DNA of 64,000 bases from NCBI GenBank assembly GCA_035638075.1, contig DASRAU010000021.1, positions 73,230 to 137,229 on the forward strand, read 5' to 3'. Every line of letters starts with the position of its first letter. Position 1 is the first letter of the stretch. Below are positions 46,139-60,527 of the stretch, one piece after another. This stretch comes from Verrucomicrobiia bacterium. Its GTDB lineage: Bacteria > Acidobacteriota > Polarisedimenticolia > Gp22-AA2. The notes beneath the pieces are model-generated. The model had not been told where the DNA came from. It ran no database searches and worked only from the letters and a program-made list of their open reading frames with translations. The translations under genes were made by a program, and so were the position numbers.

Positions 46139-47896
46139 CTAGCCCACCAGATCGGGCCCGAAGCCGCGGGTCTCGTACGCGAGGTTGCTGACCTTCGTCA
46201 GGTTGCCGTCCTGGTTCTTCGCCACCCGGCGCAGCAGCCACCGGATGCGGCGCCAGGCGGCGTTGCCGAAGGTGCGGGTCATCAGGATGTCGCGGCGCGC
46301 CGCTTCGACCCCTTCTTTCTTGATCCGGGTGTCGGCGCGCGACAGGCAGGCGATCAGGGCGTAGAGATCGCCCGCCGCCTCGCTGAGCCGCTCGTGCAGG
46401 TACTCCCGCTCGATGAAACCCTTGCGGTGCGTCCGGAGCGCCGCCTCGGCGGTGGCCGACAGCACCTCGGCGTAGTGGGCGGCGCGCGCCGCCGTTTTCG
46501 CCAGGGCGGGGTCGATGTCCGGGAATCCCTGGTCGGTGAGCGCCATGCGCGCCTTGCGCAGGGCGAACTCCGACAGCACGCCGATCTGCCCGATCGGGTG
46601 CTGCAGCGCCGCGCCGACCTTCTTGAGCTCTTCGCCGAGGTTCTGCACCGCCGACAGCGCCACGAACAGGCGCAGGATCTCGTTCGTCCCCTCGAAGATC
46701 ATGTTGATCCGGCAGTCGCGCAGCGCCCGCTCGTACGGGTACTCGCGGATGAAGCCGTTGCCGCCGGCGATCTGCACCGCATGGTTGACCACCCGCCAGG
46801 CGTTCTCCGAGGAGAACACCTTGCACAGCGCGGATTCGATCGACGCGTCGATGGACTTGTCCGAGGCGAGCGACGTGGTCAGGTAGACCATGCTCTCGGC
46901 GGCGTAGGTGCCGGTCACCATCTCGGCGATCTTGCCGCGGATCATCTCGAACTCGGCGATCGGCCGGCCGAACTGGCGCCGGTCGAGGGCGTAGGCGATC
47001 GCCTGGTCGGTCATCTCCTTGGCGATGCCGACCGACCCGGCGGCGAGCGAGATGCGCCCGTCGTTGAGGATCTCCATGGCGTACTTGAAGCCGCGACCCG
47101 GCTCGCCGAGCAGGTTCCCCTCGGGCACCGGCACGTCCTGCAGGTTCAGATCCGTGGTCGAGGAGCCCTTGAGCCCGAGCTTGTCCTCTTCCTTGCCGGT
47201 CGAGACGCCGGGGAGATCGCGGGTCACGACGAAGGCGCTGATCCTGTCGGCGCCGTTCACGGAGGTGCGCGCGAAAACGGTGAACAGGCCCGCGTGCCCG
47301 CCGTTGGTGATGAAGCGCTTGCCGCCGGAGAGCCGCCACACCTTCTTCGTGCCGTCCCACACGGCGCGGGTGGTGAGCGACGCCGCGTCCGATCCGGAGC
47401 CCGGCTCGGTCAGGGCATAGGCCGCAAGGAGATCGCCGCGCGCCACCGCCGGCAGCCACCTCTTCTTCTGCTCCTCGCTGCCGTAGAGGACGATGCCCTT
47501 GCTGCCGATGCCGAGGTGGGCGCCCACGATGGTCGCGGTGGTGGCGCAGTGCCGGCAGATCTCCTCCATGAGGCGGCAGTACGAGGTGAGCGGCAGGCCG
47601 GAGCCGCCGTACGCCTCCGGGATGGTCATCCCGAAGAAGCCCATCTCCTTGAGCTCGCCGACCTGCTTCTCGGGGAATGCGCCGCGCTTGTCGATGCCGG
47701 CGCCGTCGAGGTGGTCGTTCGCCCAGCCGCGGAAGGTCTCGAGCAGGAGGCCCAGCGTCTCGCGCCCCTCCTCGTCCTGCTGCGGATAGGGGAAGAGCAG
47801 GTCCGCATCGAGACGGCCGGCGAACAGCGACTTCATGAACGAGCGGCGCGCCGCGGCCGGTGCGGTCGCCGCGGAGGTTGCGGGACGGGAAGCCAT
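46139..47896 (-). CDS. Acyl-CoA dehydrogenase with C-terminal extension
   Basis: ACAD N, middle and C domains (YALTEPGSGSDAASL, GGKRFITNGGHA, IAGGNGFIREYPYERALRDCRINMIFEGTNEI), then a ~150-aa tail. Confidence 0.85.
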   Translation of the reverse strand: MASRPATSAATAPAAARRSFMKSLFAGRLDADLLFPYPQQDEEGRETLGLLLETFRGWANDHLDGAGIDKRGAFPEKQVGELKEMGFFGMTIPEAYGGSGLPLTSYCRLMEEICRHCATTATIVGAHLGIGSKGIVLYGSEEQKKRWLPAVARGDLLAAYALTEPGSGSDAASLTTRAVWDGTKKVWRLSGGKRFITNGGHAGLFTVFARTSVNGADRISAFVVTRDLPGVSTGKEEDKLGLKGSSTTDLNLQDVPVPEGNLLGEPGRGFKYAMEILNDGRISLAAGSVGIAKEMTDQAIAYALDRRQFGRPIAEFEMIRGKIAEMVTGTYAAESMVYLTTSLASDKSIDASIESALCKVFSSENAWRVVNHAVQIAGGNGFIREYPYERALRDCRINMIFEGTNEILRLFVALSAVQNLGEELKKVGAALQHPIGQIGVLSEFALRKARMALTDQGFPDIDPALAKTAARAAHYAEVLSATAEAALRTHRKGFIEREYLHERLSEAAGDLYALIACLSRADTRIKKEGVEAARRDILMTRTFGNAAWRRIRWLLRRVAKNQDGNLTKVSNLAYETRGFGPDLVG

Positions 47897-47901
47897 GGTC
47901 G

Positions 47902-50139
47902 TTACTCCACGAAGAAGCCTCGCCCCGATCGGGCGAGGTCGAGCAGCGACCGGGCGGGCTGGAAGCGGGTGCCGAGCCGCCCGGCGAGGAGCTCGAGGCT
48001 CTGGATGACGGTCGGGAGCCCGAGGGTGTCGGCGTGCCGCAGGAGGCCGCCGCGGAACGGCGGGAAGCCGGCGCCGAGGACCATGGCGAGATCGACCGCC
48101 GCCGGGTCGCGCACCAGGTTCGCTTCGAGGCAGCGGGTCGCCTCGTTGATCATCGGCAGCACCAGCCGCGACTCGATGGCGCCCGCCGCGACCCCGCCGC
48201 CGCCCGAGCGCCCGGCCGGCCGCAGCGCGGCCGCTTCCGAGTTCACGTCGCGCGGCGCTCCGGGCGCCGGCGCGTCCGCTTCGTCCCCCGGCGCGCCGTA
48301 GAGGTAGAAACCGCGGCCGCTCTTGCGGCCGAGCCAGCCCTTCTCCTTCATCGCGGTCAGGATCGCCGTCTTCGGCGCGCGGTCGGGGAATGCCTCGGTC
48401 AGAACGCCGGCGACATGCGCCGCCACGTCGAGGCCGATCTGGTCGAGCAGCGCGAACGGCCCCATCGGCATCCCGAACTCGACGAGGGCGCGGTCGATCT
48501 CGTCCACGCGCCCGCCTTCCTCGAACGCCAGCAGCGCCTCGCCGAGGTAGGTCATGAGGATGCGGTTCACGAGGAACCCGGGGGCGTCGCCGACGACGAC
48601 CGGCGTCTTGCCGATGCGACGCGTCAGGTCCACCACCGTCGCCACCGTCTCGTCGGAGGTCTGCGGCCCGCGGATCACCTCGACCAGCGGCATCTTGTGC
48701 ACCGGGTTGAAGAAGTGCATGCCGATGACCTGGTCGGGGCGGCGCGCCGGCGCGGCGATCGAGGCGATCGGCAGCGACGAAGTATTGGTGGCGAAGATGA
48801 AGCCTTCCGGGGCGGCCGCCTCGAGATCGTGCAGCACCTGGTGCTTGACCCGCAGCGACTCGACGACCGCCTCGACCACCACGGTGACGCGGCGGAAGCC
48901 GCTGTATTCGAGGGTGGGCAGGATGCGATCGAGGCGGCGATCGCGTTCGGATCGCGTGATGCGGCGCTTCACGAGCTCGGCTTCCTCGAGGCGGTGCGCC
49001 ACGGCGACGCCCTTCGACAGCGCCTGCGCGTCGATGTCCTTGAGCCGCACCGGGAAGCCCGAGCGCGCCAGGGCGCGCGCGATGCCGCCGCCCATCACGC
49101 CGGCGCCGACGACCGCGGTCGCATCGATGGGACGAGGGCGGCTGGCGACGGCCGGATCGCGCCGCGCTTCCTGCTGCAGCGAGAACAGGGCGACGAGCCC
49201 TCTGGCCGTCGGCCCGACCGCGAGGTGGCCGACCGACTCCGCCTCGAACGCGAAGCCCTCGTCCCGGCCCGCCACCAGGCCGTGGATGACCGCCTCGAGC
49301 GCCAGGTACGGCGCCGGGTAGTGCCGTTCGTCGACGCGGGCGCGCAGCCGCTGCCGCGCCACGCGCGCGGTCATCGCCAGGGACGCCCGCCGCCACGGAT
49401 TGACGCGAGCGAGCGGACCGTCGGAGAGGCGGCTCCGCGGCCGGCGCGCGCCTTCGTTCGCCTCCTCGATCAGCCGCTCGGCGGCGGCGACCAGGATCTC
49501 CGGCGGCGCGAGATCGTCCACGAGCCCCGTCGCGCGCGCCCGGCGCGCGTCGAGCGAGCGGCCGTTGAGGATGATGTCGAGCGCGGGCGCGAGCCCGAGG
49601 AGGCGCGGCAGCCGCTGCGTCCCGCCCCAGCCGGGCAGGATGCCGAGCTTCACCTCCGGCAGGCCGATCTCGACGCGCGGCGTGTCGGCGGCGACGCGGT
49701 AGTGGCAGGCGAGCGCCAGCTCGGTCCCGCCGCCGAGGCACGGCCCGCCGATGGCGGCGACGACCGGGAACGGCAACGCCTCGAGCGTGGCGAACAGCCG
49801 CTGGCCGCGCCGCGAGGCCGCCTCGGCGTCCTGGAACGACCGCAGCGCGCGGATCTCGCGCACGTCGGCCCCGGCGATGAATTGATCGGGACGGGCGCTG
49901 CGCACCACGAGCCCGCGCAACCGCTGCCCCGCCGCCTGCGCCAGGATGATTTCCAGGAGCGAGACGACGCCGGAGCCGAGGATGTTCACCTTCCCCGGCG
50001 GCGGCTCGAAGACGAGGTGGGCGATGCCGCCCTCGTGGGTCTCCAGGCGCACCGGCGGCTGGAGCGGCGGCGCGGCGAGCGGCAGGTCCTCCTGCGCCGC
50101 CGGCACGATCGACAACGGCTGCATGCGCCCGTCGCTCAT
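47902..50139 (-). CDS. fadB: Multifunctional fatty-acid oxidation protein (enoyl-CoA hydratase / 3-hydroxyacyl-CoA dehydrogenase, FadB/FadJ-like)
   Basis: N-terminal crotonase fold and central 3HCDH Rossmann motif (VVGAGVMGGGIARALA). Start taken at MSDGRMQ, which overlaps the thiolase stop (ATGA). Confidence 0.8.
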   Translation of the reverse strand: MSDGRMQPLSIVPAAQEDLPLAAPPLQPPVRLETHEGGIAHLVFEPPPGKVNILGSGVVSLLEIILAQAAGQRLRGLVVRSARPDQFIAGADVREIRALRSFQDAEAASRRGQRLFATLEALPFPVVAAIGGPCLGGGTELALACHYRVAADTPRVEIGLPEVKLGILPGWGGTQRLPRLLGLAPALDIILNGRSLDARRARATGLVDDLAPPEILVAAAERLIEEANEGARRPRSRLSDGPLARVNPWRRASLAMTARVARQRLRARVDERHYPAPYLALEAVIHGLVAGRDEGFAFEAESVGHLAVGPTARGLVALFSLQQEARRDPAVASRPRPIDATAVVGAGVMGGGIARALARSGFPVRLKDIDAQALSKGVAVAHRLEEAELVKRRITRSERDRRLDRILPTLEYSGFRRVTVVVEAVVESLRVKHQVLHDLEAAAPEGFIFATNTSSLPIASIAAPARRPDQVIGMHFFNPVHKMPLVEVIRGPQTSDETVATVVDLTRRIGKTPVVVGDAPGFLVNRILMTYLGEALLAFEEGGRVDEIDRALVEFGMPMGPFALLDQIGLDVAAHVAGVLTEAFPDRAPKTAILTAMKEKGWLGRKSGRGFYLYGAPGDEADAPAPGAPRDVNSEAAALRPAGRSGGGGVAAGAIESRLVLPMINEATRCLEANLVRDPAAVDLAMVLGAGFPPFRGGLLRHADTLGLPTVIQSLELLAGRLGTRFQPARSLLDLARSGRGFFVE

Positions 50140-51421
50140 GAGCGCTCCACGACGAGCGCGGCCCCCTGGCCGCCTCCGATGCACAGGGCCGCGAGGCCGA
50201 GCGACAGGTCGCGCCGCGCCATCTCCTTGAGCAGGGTCAGGGCCAGCCGCACGCCGGAGCAGCCGACCGGGTGCCCGAGGGCAATCGCCCCGCCGTTGAC
50301 GTTGAGGATCTCCGGATCGATCGACCCGAGCGCGCCGTTGAGGCCGAGCTGGTCGCGGCCGAACGCCTCGGAGGCGCAGGCCCGCTGCACCGCCAGCACC
50401 TGCGCGGCGAAGGCTTCGTTGATCTCCACGAGCTGCATGTCGGAGAGGCGCAGCCCGGCGCGCTGCAGCGCCAGGCGCGCGGCGTAGACCGGCCCCAGCC
50501 CCATGACCTCGGGATCGAGGCCGGCGAACGCGAAAGCGCGGATGCGCCCGAGATACGGCGTCCCGAGCGCGCGCGCCTTCTCCTCGGACGCCACCACGAC
50601 AGCCGCCGCGCCGTCGGTGAGCATGCAGGAGTTCCCCGCGGTGACCGTCCCCCAGCGGCGGTCGAACACCGGCTTCAGTTTCCCGAGCGCCTCGAGCGAC
50701 TGGTCCTCGCGCGGCCCGACGTCGTCGAGCAGCGGCGCCTGCTTCGGCGGCGGGAAGTACGGCAGGATCTCCTCGCGCAGGCGCGCCCGGCCGGCCACGG
50801 CGCGACGGTGGCTCTCGAGCGCGTAGGCGTCCTGCTCGGCGCGGCCGATGCCGAAGCGGCGCGCCAGCACCTCCGCCGTCTCACCCATGTTGAGCCCGCT
50901 CCACGCGTCGCGCAGCCCGACCTCGAGCGCCGACCGGGGCGTCAGATCCGATCGGCTGAAGCCGAGGAGCGCCCCGGCGCGCGCCATCACCGAGCGCGCC
51001 TTCCGGAGCCCCATGACGCGCCGCGTGAACCCCTGGTTCAGCTGGAACGGGATGCGCGACATCGACTCCACGCCGCCCGCGAGGACGACGTCGGAAAGCC
51101 CCGACTCGATGCGCTCCCAGGCGGTGGCGATGGCCTCGATCCCCGATCCGCAGTTGCGGTTGACGGTGACGGCCGGGACCGATTTCGGCACGCCGGCGCG
51201 CAGCGCCGCGACGCGCGCCAGCGTCGTGGTGTCCGCCGGCTGCGCGATGTTGCCGACCACGACCTCGTCCACCTCGCGGGGGTCGAGGTCGACGCGCGCC
51301 ATCGACTCGGCCATGGCCGCCCGCTGCAGCTCGTCTGCGGGCACGTCCTCGAGCACACCCCACGCCTTGCAGAAAGGGGTCCTGACACCGTCGAGGATCA
51401 CCACGCCGCGGCGCGGTGCGA

Positions 51422-51425
<4 letters not shown>
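50136..51425 (-). CDS. fadA: Acetyl-CoA C-acyltransferase (thiolase, FadA-like)
   Basis: Thiolase active-site regions (NRNCGSGIEAI; NGGAIALGHPVGCSGVRL) over ~430 aa. Confidence 0.85.
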
Positions 51426-52882
<1,457 letters not shown>

Positions 52883-52928
52883 GGGAGATTCGCCGCGCCG
52901 GCAAGCGTTGCGCGCGGACGACGATGAT

Positions 52929-52963
52929 AACAAAAAGCGGGGCCCGGAAAGTCCGGGCCCCGC
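52929..52963 (-). terminator. Rho-independent terminator for the receiver-HtrA gene (GCGGGGCCCGG-loop-CCGGGCCCCGC followed by UUUUUGUU on the minus-strand transcript)
   Basis: 11-bp perfect GC stem with 5-nt loop. The plus strand shows aacaaaaa immediately 5' of the stem, i.e. a U-tract 3' of the hairpin on the minus strand. It lies 58 nt beyond the HtrA stop. Confidence 0.75.
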
Positions 52964-53020
52964 ATCCGATCAACTCCGTGGTTCTCGGCAGAGGCCCCGG
53001 CGCCGGCCGGGGCCGCCCGA

Positions 53021-55156
53021 TCAGTCTTCCTTCGGGACGCGCAGCGTGACGTAGCGCGAGATCGGGTCGCCGCCGGTCCGCTGCGGCGGGTTGATGATGT
53101 AGAGCACCAGCAGGCTGTTCGGCTTCGCCTTGCGGATCTCCTTGCGGTACTCGGAGAGGCTCGACACCGGGACCCGGTTGACCTCGACCACCACGTCGCC
53201 GTTGTTGAGCTGCTTCTCCCAGGCCTCCGAGACGCGCGACACGTGCGTGATCACCACGCCCTTGGTGTCGCGCGGCAGCCCGATCTCCTGCAGGATCGAC
53301 GGGGTCAGCTCCTCGACGGTGATGCCCAGCTTGGTCTCGTTCTCCTCCACGCCGGGACCCTGCTCGCCTTCGCCCTGGCCGGATTTCTCGCCGCCGGAGC
53401 CCGAGGGACGATCGCCCAGGTTGGCGGAGAGGTTGACGGGCTTGCCGTCGCGCAGCACCGAGATCTTCACCTTCGAGCCCGGGGCGCTCGCCGAGATCAG
53501 CCGCACCACCTCATCCGAGGAGGTGACCGGCTTGCCATCGATGGCGGTGATGATGTCGCCGCGCTTCAGGCCCGCCTGGTCCGCGGCCTGTCCCGGCGTG
53601 ACCGACTGCACCAGGGCTCCCTGGTCGTCCTTGAGCCCCCAGGCCTCGGCCATGTCCGGGCTGATCTCGCCGACCGTGATCCCGAGGTAGCCGCGCGTCA
53701 CCTTGCCCTTGGTGCGCAGCTGGGTCATGACCTCCTGTGCGATGCTGGCCGGGACCGCGAAGCCGATCCCCTGGCCGACGCTGCTGATGGCGGTGTTCAC
53801 GCCGACCACCTGGCCCGACACGTTGACCAGCGGTCCGCCCGAATTCCCGAAGTTGATCGCCGCGTCGGTCTGGATGAACGAGTCGAGCGAGAAATCGCGC
53901 GACAGGCCGCCGAGCTTGCGCCCCTTGGCGCTGACCACGCCCACCGTGACGGTGTGCTCGTACTGCAGCGGGTTGCCGACGGCGATGACCCAGTCGCCGA
54001 TGCGCAGCGTGTCGGAGTTCCCGAACCCCAGGTACGGGAGCTTCTTGGCCACCTCGATCTTGATGAGGGCGATGTCGGTGCTCGGGTCGGTGCCGACGAC
54101 GTCGGCGTTGTAGTCGTGCCGGTCGTCGGTCAGGTTCACCTTGATGCGCGAGGCGCCCTCGACGACGTGGTAGTTGGTCAGGATGTAGCCGTCGTCGCTG
54201 ATCAGGAACCCGGACCCGCCGCTCGTCTCGATGTCCGGCTCGTCCTGCTGGTCGGGAGCCTGCGGACCGCGCCGGTGCGGATTGGGGGTCTGCGGCCCTC
54301 CCGGGCCCTGCGGACCCTGCGGCCCGAAGAAGAACTCGAACGGATCGCCGCGGAAGAGCGGCTGCTTGCTCTTGCTGCGGTCCGAGACCTCGGTGGCGGT
54401 GATGCTGACGACGGCCGGGTTCACCCGCTCGGCGATGTCGGCGAACGAGCCGGGGACGGCGCCGGTGGAGCCGGCATTCATCTGGGCCACCGCCGCCGCG
54501 TGCATCGGCCGGCCGGCGTCGAGGCCGGCCTCGGCCGCGCGGCCCGGCAGGGTCAGGTTCAGCCCGCCCGCCAGCACCATCCCGAAGACGACCGAGCCGA
54601 GCGCGATGAGCGCCAGCGTGACGAAACGACCCTGCTTCTGCATGGATTGTGGCTCCTTGATCCCGCCCGGAATTCCGCCCGCCGAAGGAACGTCAGTATA
54701 GGACCCGCCGAAAGGCGTGGTCAAGAAAGGCGCGTCCTGCGCCCCGGCGCGCCGCTGGTCCGGGGCGCCCTCGGTCGCGAGCAACCGCTCGACGGTGCCG
54801 AGCAGGCGCGCCGGATCCACCGGCTTGTCGATGACCGCCTCGATCCCGAGACGCGCCGCGCGCTCCCGCAGGGCGGAGTCGGCGAAGGCCGTGATGAGCA
54901 GCGCGCGTCCGGAGAACTTCGCAGCCCCCTCCCGCAGCCGGTCGATCAGGTCGAGACCGCACAGTCCGGGCATCTGCTGATCGAGGATGAGGAGGTCGGC
55001 GTTGCGCAGCACCGCGGGGTCCTCGATGGCCTCGCACGACGCCGCCTGCAGCACGATCCGGTGCCCCAGCTTCCCGAGCAGCCGGCCATACGTCGCCAGG
55101 GCGGCGGGGTCGTCCTCGATCACGACGATGGTCTTGGGGCCGGAGCTGGAGGTCAT
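53021..55156 (-). CDS. Single ORF encoding a CheY-like receiver domain, ~40-aa linker, TM helix and DegP/HtrA-type serine protease with two PDZ domains
   Basis: Receiver residues (IVVIEDD, LLILDQQMPG, LLITAF, IDKPV). No stop codon before SMQKQGRFVTLALIALGSVVFGMVLAGG (TM). Trypsin-like triad (NYHVVEG, DIALIKI, GNSGGPLV). PDZ1 and PDZ2. An internal AAGGAG sits 9 nt before M172. Confidence 0.65.
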   Translation of the reverse strand: MTSSSGPKTIVVIEDDPAALATYGRLLGKLGHRIVLQAASCEAIEDPAVLRNADLLILDQQMPGLCGLDLIDRLREGAAKFSGRALLITAFADSALRERAARLGIEAVIDKPVDPARLLGTVERLLATEGAPDQRRAGAQDAPFLTTPFGGSYTDVPSAGGIPGGIKEPQSMQKQGRFVTLALIALGSVVFGMVLAGGLNLTLPGRAAEAGLDAGRPMHAAAVAQMNAGSTGAVPGSFADIAERVNPAVVSITATEVSDRSKSKQPLFRGDPFEFFFGPQGPQGPGGPQTPNPHRRGPQAPDQQDEPDIETSGGSGFLISDDGYILTNYHVVEGASRIKVNLTDDRHDYNADVVGTDPSTDIALIKIEVAKKLPYLGFGNSDTLRIGDWVIAVGNPLQYEHTVTVGVVSAKGRKLGGLSRDFSLDSFIQTDAAINFGNSGGPLVNVSGQVVGVNTAISSVGQGIGFAVPASIAQEVMTQLRTKGKVTRGYLGITVGEISPDMAEAWGLKDDQGALVQSVTPGQAADQAGLKRGDIITAIDGKPVTSSDEVVRLISASAPGSKVKISVLRDGKPVNLSANLGDRPSGSGGEKSGQGEGEQGPGVEENETKLGITVEELTPSILQEIGLPRDTKGVVITHVSRVSEAWEKQLNNGDVVVEVNRVPVSSLSEYRKEIRKAKPNSLLVLYIINPPQRTGGDPISRYVTLRVPKED

Positions 55157-55171
55157 CGCCGGCGGAAAACA

Positions 55172-55186
55172 GCAAGCGTTGTGCCA
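55172..55186 (-). promoter_or_regulatory. Perfect sigma-54 (-24/-12) promoter consensus TGGCAC-N5-TTGC reading toward the receiver-HtrA gene
   Basis: The plus strand reads gcaa-gcgtt-gtgcca, which is TGGCACaacgcTTGC on the minus strand. It lies 16-30 nt upstream of the ATG at 55156 and just downstream of an NtrC-type activator gene. Confidence 0.5.
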
Positions 55187-55341
55187 CGGTCAGGAGCGCG
55201 CGATTCCTTAGGAGGACGGGCGTCCTCCTCGCCCCGGCGGGGTCCCCGACTGTCCCTCCACGTCACCGACCCGCGCCAATTTGACGCCGGGTCCGCGCCC
55301 GTCGGGTCCGACCCGACCCGGTCCGGGCCCGGGACGCCGGC

Positions 55342-60265
<4,924 letters not shown>

Positions 60266-60389
60266 AGAGCGCCCTCCGCGCGCCGAGAGGATGGGGAATC
60301 GAAGCGTTCACGATAGCACAGCCGCCGGAGGCGGCCGCGCGGCGCGGTGTCCCCTCCGCGCAGCACCGCACCGGCGCGGCTTCCCGTCG

Positions 60390-60419
60390 TTGACAGCCCA
60401 AAAAAGGACGTGCTAGCAT
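60390..60419 (+). promoter_or_regulatory. Sigma-70-like promoter (TTGACA - 18 nt - TAGCAT) upstream of the OmpA-family gene
   Basis: The -35 hexamer matches 6/6 and the -10 hexamer matches 4/6 with 18-nt spacing. It lies about 110 nt upstream of the start codon. Confidence 0.4.
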
Positions 60420-60527
60420 CCGCCGCTTTTTCGATGCCAGAGACGCCTTTACCTCCGCCGCCGACACGGGCCGTCGTCCCCGCCGGTCGGCGGCGTTCTG
60501 TTAGCCGCGAATCGAGGACTTCGGCGC

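Noticed and set aside
52883-52928. Second sigma-54-like site (gcaagcgttgcgcgcgg) upstream of the 51422-52882 NtrC-type gene
   Set aside because: It shares the gcaagcgttg decamer with the real site at 55172-55186 but lacks the GG of the -24 element (GCGCGC instead of TGGCAC). It is not a credible sigma-54 promoter, though the shared decamer is curious.
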